64,000 nucleotides of DNA from Chrysemys picta bellii (lineage: Eukaryota): the NCBI RefSeq assembly GCF_011386835.1, contig NC_088802.1:22072001-22136000 (forward strand), given 5' to 3'. Below the pieces are notes generated by a model, which ran no database searches, was not told the origin of the DNA, and worked only from the letters and a program-made list of their open reading frames with translations. The position numbers and the translations under genes were made by a program. Below are positions 1-10,689 of this stretch, in pieces; the stretch's first letter is position 1, and each line of letters opens with the position of its first letter.

Positions 1-289
1 AGGGGAATAAAGCCATGGTCTCCACATGCAAGGAAAGTGACCTAACCAATGGACTGAAGTTCCAAGAAAAGCAGCAGCAGAGGGACTCCGCTTCCTCCTG
101 CTGTTTTGTGAGTTTAGCACAATCTTTATTTTTCTGGCTGAAATAATTCAGTAAAATTTGTGTTAAAATCATGAATAATTTTGAGTTGACCAAAACATCC
201 TTTTTGATGAATAAACTTACAATTTATCTCCTCCTTTGTCTCAACATTTATTTACTGCCATTATAGAATCATAGAATTGGGCCTGCTGA

Positions 290-365
290 TTGTAGGGCAG
301 TGGTTAAGGCACTGGACTGGGACACCGGCGAGCTGGGTCTAATTCTGGACTGCATCAGTGACTTC
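290..365 (+). mobile_element. tRNA-derived SINE head (degenerate)
   Basis: A-box-like cagtggttaaggcactggactggga followed by a decayed B-box-like segment. Confidence 0.5.
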
Positions 366-370
366 TTGCG

Positions 371-552
371 GGGGAGGGACAGCTCAGTGATTTGAGAATT
401 GGCCTGTTAAACCCAGGGTTGTGAGTTTAATCATTGAGGGGGGGGGCATTTAGGGATTTGGGGCAAAAATCTGTCTGAGGATTGGCCCTGCTTTAAGCAA
501 GGGGTTGGATTAGATGACCTCCTGAGGTCCCTTGCAACCCTCATATTCTATT
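371..552 (+). mobile_element. tRNA-derived SINE with CR1-derived 3' tail (tortoise Pol III/SINE type)
   Basis: ggggagggacagctcagtg (A box) ... gagtttaatc (B box); tail gattggccctgcttt...gatgacctcctgaggtccct...atattcta matches the CR1 3' end at ~34184-34267. Confidence 0.85.
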
Positions 553-1146
553 AACTGGAAGGGACCTCAAGAGGTCACCTTGTCTAATCCCCTACACTCA
601 AGGCAGGTCTAAGTATTATCTAGACCATCCCTGACAGGTGTTTGGAGATTTTTAAGAGCAGATTGGACAACCTAAGAGGGAGATTCCACAACATCCCTAG
701 GCAATTTATTCCATTGCTTAACCACTCTGGCAGTTAGGAAGTTTTTCCTAATGTCCAACCTAAACCACCATTGCTGCAATTTAAGCCCATTGCATCTAGT
801 CCTTTCCTCAGATGTTAAGGAGAACAATTTTCTCCCTCCTCCTTGTAACAACCTTTTATGTATTTGAAAACTGATAACATGTCCCCTCTCAGTCTTCTCT
901 TCTCCAGACTAAACAAACCTATTTTTTTTTCAAATCTCCCCTCAGGTCATATTTTCTAGACCTTTAATCATTTTTGTTGCTCTTCTCTGAACTTTCTCTA
1001 ATTTGTCCACATCTTTCCTGAAATGTGTCGCCCCATATTGGAAACAGCCTAAATACACACTTTTTTTTTTTAGTGACGGTTGCTGAGATTGTGTGATAAG
1101 CCAAGTATCATTGCTCTTATTTTCAGGCACTACAGAGCATTGCTTC

Positions 1147-1522
1147 AGTGCTGACCCAGCCCAATGTTACTGGTAGCTTGTTACAGAGAGTGAACTTCAG
1201 GGATCTTGTCCCAAGGGGAACAAAACAGCATTTAAACCATTCTCAAGAAATCAGCTTTTAATCTTGGAGGCAGTTCAGGAAAGGCTTTTTGCTCCATTCC
1301 CACAGATAACCCTACACACCTTGATTGGTTTCACTGCTCCAGGTAAAGGGTCCAAAGATCACATCCATAAACCTATTGGATGTCTTGAGATGCTCTATTC
1401 TGGATGCAGATAGAATAGATAGTCTACCTACCTACTTATTGATTTGGCTAAGAAAACAGAGAAGATCACAGGTCAGAATGATCTCTCTATATTTATAATC
1501 CATGTTTAAAAGGCAGGTGAGT
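1147..1522 (+). promoter_or_regulatory. Putative OR promoter/non-coding first exon module, copy 1
   Basis: Non-repeat-like block homologous to 17495, 37717 and (inverted) 59500-59880; EBF-like TCCCAAGGGG at 1209-1218; donor CAG|GTGAGT at 1516/1517. Confidence 0.6.
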
Positions 1523-2101
1523 TGATTCATATTCTTATTCATTTTAATCTTTCAGTTTCAAAGAACCAGATTCTGCTCCACTTATCTAAGGGTGGGTCTC
1601 TCTGCCGAGTCCTATAGACTTCTGCCAGGATGCAACACTCTGCTCACACTGTCAGTTACAGCACAGGAGCTGTGGCTGGCAACCCAGCTACTATATGAAT
1701 CACCCAGCTTGCTCGCTCTCTCTCTCTCTCTCAACAGCACTGAGACAAATTAGATCAGCTTGTGCTTGTTAGCAGTAGTGTTTCTGTTTGGGAGTGATGA
1801 GGTTGGGGGCAGGGCATTCTCTGGAGATGGTGCTTAGCTTTGGAGTTCCCTTTGCACAGAATCTGCCTGTGACATTCTGGTTCTAGCACAAGATCTCTTT
1901 GCTTGGGCATTTGTCTGATGAGCTTATAATGGGGAAAAGATTTAGTTTCTCTCTGGCAGACATTAGGGTTTAAACATCAATTTGGCATTGGACAGAACAC
2001 TGGCTTCATTCCCATTTCCACTGAAAATCAATGTCAAAATAGCCATTCACTTCCAAGAGGGCAGGACAGATTGTCTTATGTATGAGCAGCCTGATATTCA
2101 G

Positions 2102-5100
2102 AGTCAAAAAGAAGAAGCTGCTGTCTAAAATGGATCCCCATGTGTCTCCTATAAATACTGACTGACTGGATTCTGTAGGTTTGGGTAGTCAGGAGTCTTG
2201 TTAAACCCTTGACAGAATTCCTGTATTTCAGGTGCTCAAATTCATTCATTTTCTTTGGTCTTTCCTTCACCTTTTCGCAGTGCCTAAGAGCGCTGTCTGC
2301 TGGAAGTCACTGACCATGATGTCTTGCAGTCCTAGCATGTTTTACCCCAAACCAGGACCGGCTCCAGGCACCAGCTGAGCAAGCTGGTGCTTGGGGTGGC
2401 AGCTTGTAAGAGGCGGCATTCCGCCCAAACCTAGGGCAGCATGGCTGCTTTTGTTGTTGTTGTTGTTCCGCTCCAGCCGCCCTGTAGGGGACAGCGACAT
2501 GGAGGACGGGAGTGCCCTGCAGCAAGCCCGGCAGGGCAGCCTGCGTCCTTCTCTCCCAGCCAATCGGAGCGGTGCGGAGCCCTCCCGGCATGGGGCACAA
2601 TAGGATGGGCCGCGTGGTAGCGCCCTGCTGAAGCCCTGGCCACCCCCTTCTCTCTCTCCCCCCACTACCTCATTCTCCCTCTCCCGCAGCTAGCCGGGGC
2701 ACATCTGCAGGGCAGAGAGTCCTTCAAGGCAGCATTCTTCATACTTCACCATCCTCTCTCCTTGTTTTTTTGATTGTCTGTTGGCACAGAAACATCAATT
2801 AACATGGGCTTGTTTGCTGTCTTTTTCTACAACTATGTCTGGCCTGTTTGACTGCACCATTTGGTCTGTGAAAATGGCCAGATTCCATAAATCTTACCAT
2901 CTTCATTCTCTAGAGCGCTTTCAGCTTTGTGTTATTAATAGCACAGTTTGTGGCAAGTATGGATTTGTATGGAGGCTCCAGTGCAGACACTTGGCAAATT
3001 CAGAGTGTCTGTTCATATATTCTCTCCCAGATAGACTCTAGCAGTTGCTCAATGCATGCTCCACCATCTCTTCCTTTTTAGAACACATTCTGCGGCTTGG
3101 GGAGCAATTGTCAGTGAATTTTACTTCTTACATAATTAAACCCCGTAAGGATTTTTCTTATCCGCTCACTATGAAGCTCTGCCTCTTTTTTTTTTCCAGG
3201 GATCCTTCTACAAGTCATGAGTTTGTCAATCTTCTATCACCAATAGGTTTGATCTCTCTCCACCACTATCCGTGCATTAATCTCTGTGTAAACCTTTCAA
3301 ATCTTTTTTGGCAGGTTGCTTTCTCCTTTCTTTCATGCTTTCTTGGGCTTGGATGCAGCTCAGTCTTGCTTGTTATCGTGACCGGATGATCTTTATTCTG
3401 GTTAACTCCTCATATATTTTGACATTATAGTGCTCATTATCAATTGCTTCCTCCACAGATAGCAGAGGTTTTCCTTTATCACATCATGGGATGTACATCC
3501 TGTCCATGACTTGATTGCTATCTAATACTCTATGCGTCACCGGCAGCTGTCGTCTTTGGATGTCATTTTTTTCTTCTCCTCTCAATTCCACTTGATCACT
3601 CCAGCAATATTCTGTACTACTGGCATCCCCCCCACATATTAATGGCTCAGAGCACATTCTTAGACTTCAGTTTTGTCCATAGAGTAGTTCTTGTACATCT
3701 GTAATATTCTTTCCTCACTTTTTCTTTCAATTTCTTATTTTGTAGCTCTGACAGTTCCCTGATTCCAAGATATTTGTAGGGGTCGTGCTGAGATATCATG
3801 GATAGTTCCATCATTAACTTGTATGTCATCAGATTGTACCAATCTGGCCATTTTTACAGATGCTGACACACAGTTAGCCAAGCCAACGCGTAGCTTTATA
3901 TCTTCACCAAACTTTTCCACACATCATCAATCTCTGTAGCTCTTTTTTGTGACTGTTCATGTAGTTTCAGATTGCTCATGTCTAACAAATTGTTAACTGG
4001 TTGTTGGTCTTTGATGATATGGTAAATTGTGATTATCTCAACAAGCATCCATGTCAGTGGCAGCATGGTTACCACAAACAGCACTGGTGCTAAGGAATCC
4101 CCTTGAAAGATTTGTCTTTTTAATTTGAATCTCATCAATTAGTCCCTCCCTGGGAGAGTCGAGTGCTCCAGTTAAACATAGATTGCTACAGAAAGGGAAT
4201 GATCCTTGGATAAACCTTGGACATTTTCAGTGTCTCAGTGATCCTTCATTTTGAGACACTGTTGGATGCTCTCTGGTGGAAAAAAAGTTAGCCATTGTGT
4301 GGGTAGACTTTCTTTGTTTTCAATCTTCTGTGATCCTCCTGTTTAGCCAGAAGTGGCCTTTTGTTCCTTTCATGTTTACTGTGCTGCCTTTTTGCTCAGG
4401 AACCAGCATTCCATTGTGAGCTAGCACTATCCAGATCGTCTTTCCTGGAATTATTGTAGAAGTTTCCTTATAGTTGGTAAACATGTGGTCAGTCTATAAT
4501 TCATAGGATCACTACAACTTTCTTTCTCTTTCTTTCTTTCATTGTCCCTGTCACCATCCATTTTTGAAATCCATTCGTCAAACATTTATTAATTTGTTCA
4601 AATAAACAATCATGGAGTGTTGTAAGGCATTTCAGCCAGAATCCAGGTATCCCATTTGGTCCGGGTGATTTCCAATTTTTCATTTATCTCAGTACCTCAT
4701 TTCTTTCTTTGGTGTTTCTGTGTATTCCTCTGTGCTGTGTTTTGTAAACTTTTTCTTTCATTTCTAATCCGGTTTGCTCTCTGCTTATGTTGTACAGTCT
4801 CAGACCAGATTTCCTTCCAGAAGCAGTGAAACTCTTCATCGTCATTTATTGGCTCTCTGATTTTGACTATTCTGTTTTTTATTTTTATTTTTTTCCATCA
4901 ATCAGATGAAAGACTCTCCTAGGGTCTCTGGTGAAGTGACTGTTCTCTCCATACTAATACCTTTGTGCTGAGATCTTTCAAGTCCATGACACTAAGCGAT
5001 CAGTTTCTCTTTACATTGTTCCTTCATAACTCTCACATCCTTTCATTCAGCTGATATTTCATCTCCAAGGATGCTGCTCTTTTCTCTTCAAATGATTTTT

Positions 5101-5880
5101 CCCATATTCATACAGTAGGCTGGTATCTCAATAAAAAAGCGTATTTTTCTGTTTTAACCTTCATTTCCATGGAGGTTCTTGAAGATAGGAAGTTTTCCAA
5201 TGGTTCATATATTCAGATGGATTGATGTTAAACCAATGATCTGCTACTGTTACTGTAGCATAAATTATATAATTGTAATGGCTAATCCTTGTAGGTTTTT
5301 TCTCCAGTTTCCTTGAGCACGTCATTAAGTACTTGCATTATATCATCCAGTGTGTGATGGTCTACAAATTTCAGTTGGTAGTGCTGGTGTTCAATGTCTT
5401 TTACACTTTGCATGATCTCGATCAACAAATTCTTCAGATTTTCTCTACTTTCTTCAGGTGCTCTTTCACTCATATTTGTCCTCCAATTTTCTTCCATTTC
5501 TGCCTTCTGTTTATCCTATGTCACTGCTCCCACCAAAATGTTTGTACATAGTTCTACATGAATAATCGCCTTTTCAGGCTTTCAATCTTCATTTGTGTAA
5601 ATTCTCCTCTTTGGAATAAAGCTCTCAGTTGTGCAGTGAGTCTATACTCGGTCATTTCTTTCTCAGTGTTGTCGTTTCTCTCCTTCCAGTGTTGGAGCAT
5701 TTTCTTAGCTCCAGGCTCTCTCTTCTGGTTTTGCCAAAAGACAACCTCAGATCACTTCTTGGTTTATAAGACGACTCCTTTTCACTTTATTGTCACAAAT
5801 GATCTCTGGCTGTTTGGACAGTTGCACGATACATGAGGTTGCCCACCTCCACACAAAACACTCCGCTGGGGAGGAGGCTG
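2102..5880 (-). mobile_element. Decayed R4/Dong-clade non-LTR retrotransposon (RT plus restriction-like endonuclease), antisense in predicted intron 1
   Basis: Minus-strand ORF pieces NWKSPGPNGIPGFWLK, IFQGDSLAPVLF, YKYLGI, KEYYR; many stops and frameshifts; homologous to 18551-20347 and 38813-42380. Confidence 0.75.
2353..2715 (+). mobile_element. GC-rich non-autonomous hAT-like element, one TIR only
   Basis: Starts caggaccggctccaggcacc, same family as 10091-10314; absent from the paralogous R4 copy at ~39150. Confidence 0.65.
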
Positions 5881-6521
5881 TCATCTAGATATTGTAATTG
5901 GGATCAATCCAATAAGATTCTACAGATATTACAATCTGTCATTTTTGTAGAGTATTTATAGAATTGGCCAGATCCCAAGATGGTGTGCATCAGCCATAGC
6001 TCCATAGGCACCAATGGGCCAAATCTCCAGCTGCTGTAAATCAGCCATAGCTCTATTTAAGTTAATGGGACAGATGAAAGAGATATTAGGCTAGAGAGAG
6101 ACAGCAAGTGGACTATATCCTGTTGGTTAGGGCATTCACCTCCAGATGTAGGAAACCTAGTATCCAGTCCCTCTATTCCAAAGCTTTTTTATTATTTAAC
6201 TACAGTAGAACAGCTTCAACAGGAGAGAATGAGGGAGCCCTATGTCCAACTGTCCCAATATCACAGCTGAGCGGTATTTCTTTGAGTACCAGTAGGGCCT
6301 TATCCTGGGATTTAGGGAACTAAAGGAGTAGTTTGGTGCCAAAGTCCTTTTCTGCATCTAGCCCATTTTTGCCTATTTTAAACACACATTTTATAGGATG
6401 TAGAAGGCCTCTTTACATTCATCCTACTGATCAGATGATCTCCACATGCCATTTCAATTTACTCGTGTGTTAATTGTATTTTTTTCCAGTCTGACAGGTC
6501 AGTTTTCCTGAGTAAGAATCC

Positions 6522-7454
6522 ATGGGAAATCAAACCGAAGTGACTGAATTTATTATCCTGGGACTTTCCAATGACCCACAGCTGCAGATTTTTCTCTTCC
6601 TGGTTTTTTTACTTGTCTACCTAATCACGCTTTTGTCAAACATGGTGATCATGGTGGTGATAAGGGCTGATCCTCACCTTCACACCCCAATGTACTTCTT
6701 CCTGTCTCATTTATCCTTTGTTGATATCTGCTATGCCTCAACCGTAGAGCCTAAGATGTTGGTGCATTTCCTAGCAGAGCACAAAACCATTTCTGTCAAT
6801 AGCTGTATTGCACAGATGTTTTTCATTTTGCAGCTGGCTACTACTGAAATTTTTATTCTCTCAGCGATGGCTTATGACCGCTACACTGCCATCTGTGACC
6901 CATTGCGTTACATGGAGAGAATGAGCAAAGAGATCTGTGTTCAGCTGGTGAGTGGTGCATGGGCAATAGGCTTCTTCCATGCCCTGCTTAACACAGTTTT
7001 TGCCCTAAAGTTGCATTTCTGTGGACCCAGTCAAATCAACCATTTCAGCTGTGAGCTTCCTCCCCTGTTACAACTGTCCTGCACTGAGAGTCTCACCAAT
7101 CAAGTGGTGCTTCTTACTTCTGCTGTGATATTTGCATCAAGCTCCTTCCTCCTTACCCTGATCTCCTATATTCACATCATCTCCACTGTCCTGAGGATAC
7201 ACTCTGCAGAGGGCAGGCGTAAAGTCTTCTCCACCTGCAGCTCCCACCTGATTGTGGTTGGCTTATTCTACCTGACCGGTTTTCTCCAGTACACAAAACC
7301 CAGCTCGGTCTCCTCTGTTGTTCTGGATGAAATGTTCTCCATCCAGTATAGCATCTTGACTCCCATGTTAAACCCCATCATCTACAGCCTGAAAAACAAA
7401 GAGGTGAAAACAGCTGTAGGGAAAATGTTTCAGAAATTCAAATTTCTCAAGTAG
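6522..7454 (+). CDS. Class II olfactory receptor, 310 aa, intact (OR5-like subfamily, paralog A)
   Basis: NQT glycosylation site, LHTPMYFFL, MAYDRY, KVFSTCSSHL, PMLNPIIYSL; candidate acceptor gacag|g at 6497/6498. Confidence 0.95.
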   Translation: MGNQTEVTEFIILGLSNDPQLQIFLFLVFLLVYLITLLSNMVIMVVIRADPHLHTPMYFFLSHLSFVDICYASTVEPKMLVHFLAEHKTISVNSCIAQMFFILQLATTEIFILSAMAYDRYTAICDPLRYMERMSKEICVQLVSGAWAIGFFHALLNTVFALKLHFCGPSQINHFSCELPPLLQLSCTESLTNQVVLLTSAVIFASSSFLLTLISYIHIISTVLRIHSAEGRRKVFSTCSSHLIVVGLFYLTGFLQYTKPSSVSSVVLDEMFSIQYSILTPMLNPIIYSLKNKEVKTAVGKMFQKFKFLK

Positions 7455-9769
7455 TGTCGATCTTTTAAAAAAAATCAAGGGGAAAAGAACTGTGGATAAC
7501 GTGTGTTTGGGAGATTCTCAGCTCACGTATCTGATGCTTTGGGCCAAAGCCTCAGCTGCTCTTAATCAGTGTGGTTCCATTGAACTCAGCAGGCCACATC
7601 CCGATTGGGTAGAAGAGACACTGGAGCAAGGGGGACGGGATCCTGGGTCTCCATGTAGGTTGCATGCTAGAAGCACCAGAATCTAGAGCCATACATGCAT
7701 GCTTTCTCTTTCTTTCTTTCTTTCTTTCTTTCTTGAATGCAGCTATAGCCAATTTGTACCACTTGAGGACATGACCAGTTCTATGAAAAGAACAGCTGTC
7801 TATAGCATTCTGTAGTTCTTCTAGAGTATTTTGTTGAAAACCCTATTTAATATCTGTAATATCTTATAGGATTCATCCTTATTAATGTCTCTGTCTGCAA
7901 TAATAACAATAATTAATAATCAGTGTGATCGCCAGCTGGGTCAAGATGCACAAAGAAAGTAAAACTCTATTAGGCGAGCTTGAGAAGGACACATATCAGG
8001 TATCCCATATCACAGTGGTTAGGGCACCCACATGGGAGGAAGCAGATCCCTTTTTAAAATCTTTCTCCTTATTAGGCACTTGAGGAGGGTCTCCAACCTC
8101 CCTAAGTGCTAGGATACAATTTGAGGGGTTTCCTCCACCTAATTGCTTCTTCTTCTCTCCCCTCTCTTGCTATGGTTTCTTGCCACCTTAGGTGGGGTTA
8201 GAGGCTTCCAAGATGAGAATTCCAAGGTGAAGGAGGTGTCTTCTCCCAGAGGAGATAGGGACTGAACTCCTGTGATATCTGCAGTATTTAGAACACAACC
8301 CCCTGCTTGGCCTTTCCCATTGCCTAAAAACCATCTGTCATGTTGGCTTTTTTTTAATCCCATTCTTAGGTGTCTGTGTCTCCACTTTTACTGTGTAGGG
8401 AGCCTGGCTGCCCATCTCAGGCTCTGGGAACCAAATGATTACAAAAAAACCCTAAAAATTATCCACTGCAATGCTCAGCATTAAAACAGCTACATCCCTT
8501 TGTGAATCTAACTCTGGATGTAAATTGACATAGGGCCATTACATCAATGGAATTAGGTGGATTTACATGAACTGGGAATCTGGCCCATAGTGTCCATATT
8601 CTAAATTGATTTTACATTCCTCAAATTTCCCTCACTGTTGAGTTGGAAAGACCCATGTATCATCGAGTTTCCACTTAAATCCTAAACATAATAGGAAGTG
8701 GTGCTGGCACTATGCACCCCAGTGAAATTCACCCTTAGATGCAGCACCACAGATGGTGGAAAGCAACATAACTCCATTGAAAGAAACAGGACTACACCAA
8801 TATATGTCCGCTGAGGACCTTGCCTCGGCGAATAAAGTTATGATTCAGAATCCACCTTTTGTCAAAGTTGGACTTACAAAGATATCGTCTCAGGTAAATG
8901 AAGAGCCAACCAGCAGGCTGGGATTTTCAAAAGAGTTTAGGCAAGTTAGGTGCCCTACTCTTATTGAATTGGAAAAATGTAGTCCCAGTGACATGCCCAA
9001 GGTCAGTCGGAAAGTCGGTGGAGAGGAAGATATTGAAGTCTCATCTCTTCCATCCCTGTTTCTGCCTTGGATCATACAATCATCCATGTGCCTGCTGGTA
9101 GTCCCATATCTCTTCCCATCTCAGCCTGGGACTAACAGAATGCACTCCCTGTCCCCATTAAGAAAGATACCACCCTCTCCTCCTGATTTCACTGGGAGAA
9201 TTTCTTCTTTCAAATTCTTCACACAAAAAAATGAATAGAGCTGGTTGAAAATGGGAATATTTTCATGAAAAAAAAAATCATGTCCCTCTTTCTCATCAAA
9301 ATTCATGACTTTTGTAACCAACTCATTGAATAGAAAATAGCATGATTTAGCTACTCTCACCGCCTGCTTTTGCAGGGTGTCACTCTGTTGGACTGTAAAT
9401 TCTTTAGAACAGGAGTGATGACCACTTCTGTGTGTGTTAGTTCTGGTCAAAAGTTTTTTCCATGTTTGGAAAATAAAATTTGAAAGTGTTGTTTCATCTA
9501 GATAGAAATTTTCTATGGAAAAAACTAAATTTTGACGAAAAATATATTTTTTTTTCCTTGGGGCGAGGGGAGGATTCAATTTCAATTTGATGTCTCTAAA
9601 TGAAATGAAATTTTGTTTCAAAATGTCCAATTGAAATGAAAATTGTCATTTTGAATAGACATTTTCACTTAAATTAATTTACCATGAGCATGAAAGGAGT
9701 CATTTTAATGTCAAAGTATTCATTCAACATGAAAGTTTTCATTAGAAATTTTTTTTTCTCTTAATTAAT

Positions 9770-9950
9770 TGGCCTCTCAGAGTTGGTAGAACAACTCCCA
9801 CCTGTTTATGCTCTCTGTATGTGTGTATATATATCTCCTCAATATATGTTCCATTCTATATGCATCCGAAGAAGTGGGCTGTAGTCCACGAAAGCTTATG
9901 CTCTAATAAATTTGTTAGTCTCTAAGGTGCCACAAGTACTCCTGTTCTTC
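9770..9950 (+). mobile_element. Penelope-like element terminal fragment
   Basis: cacgaaagcttatgctc...gttagtctctaaggtgccacaag shared with 29666-29844 and 49890-50023; Penelope assignment from family recognition. Confidence 0.6.
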
Positions 9951-10090
9951 TTTCATTTTAAATGGACACTTCAAGAGGAAATATTTTGTTCCAATCAAAT
10001 TTAAAGATGAAATGTTTAGACATCTAAACCTTTTAGAATTTTTCATCTCATAACATATTGACATTTCCTCTTTTTGGACCCTGTTGGGAA

Positions 10091-10314
10091 CAGGTCCGGC
10101 TCTGGCTTTTTTGCCGCCCTAGGTAAAAAAGCCTCCCGCCACCCCTGGCCCCCCGGCGGGGAGCGCGGCCGGGGAGGGCGCCGAGCCCGGCCGTGGCCCC
10201 GCTCTCCCCGACCGGCCGAAGCACCAGGGGGAGGGTGGCGAGCCCGGCCGCGGCCCCGCTCCAGGTGCCGCCCCAAGCATGGGCTTGGTCAACTGGTGCC
10301 TGGAGCTGGCCCTG
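10091..10314. mobile_element. hAT-like MITE, 224 bp
   Basis: Imperfect TIRs caggtccggctc / gagctggccctg; 8-bp TSD gttgggaa (10083-10090) / gttgggag (10315-10322). Confidence 0.8.
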
Positions 10315-10417
10315 GTTGGGAGTAAACAAAATGTCAAAATATGGAGCTTCCTGGGTGATGGAAATTTCTGTATCATCTCTAATATTAGTACACTGCCAAG
10401 TATAACAAGGAACTAAT

Positions 10418-10485
10418 TTCATAGATTCAAAGGCCAGAAGGGACCCCTGTGATCCCTAGTCTGTCCTCCTGTATCACACAGGCCA
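10418..10485 (-). mobile_element. Short CR1 3'-end fragment
   Basis: ttcatagattcaaaggccagaagggacc tail motif. Confidence 0.55.
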
Positions 10486-10689
10486 AATGTATTTATTTAT
10501 ATATATAAAATAAAGAAGTGGTTTCTCCAGTGTCTCAGTCTATTATATTTAAGCTCTCTGGGTCATAGACTCTCTTTAATTTCATCTTAAGCACAGAGAC
10601 TAGTATTTTGTTGGTGCCTAATGGACAATTGATGGTAATAACCTTCTGTAATTTGGGGAAAACAACCTCACAGATGGAGTGCAGAGTTT

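Larger units (their letters stand above)
263..1050 (-). mobile_element. CR1 LINE 3' fragment, interrupted near its tail by two SINEs
   Basis: atagaatcatagaa tail at 263-276 resumes as ctggaagggacc at 555; ORF 942..1130 encodes CR1 ORF2 C-terminal motif [16 protein letters not shown]. Confidence 0.85.

Noticed and set aside
371-450. Possible tRNA gene
   Set aside because: Degenerate boxes, no full cloverleaf, and it continues into a CR1-like tail; it is a SINE.
2307-2665. Overlapping GC-rich ORFs and apparent CpG island
   Set aside because: They lie within a hAT-like MITE; low-complexity translations with no domain.
5930-5953. Further candidate micro-inversions (5930-5953 versus 20407 onward; 4478-4488 versus ~40940)
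   Set aside because: Short AT-rich matches confounded by indels; not counted without statistical testing.
8753-9238. 161-aa ORF (and the 169-aa ORF at 9121..9630)
   Set aside because: They run through SINE/MITE remnants and AT-rich repeat; no recognisable motif and no paralogous conservation.
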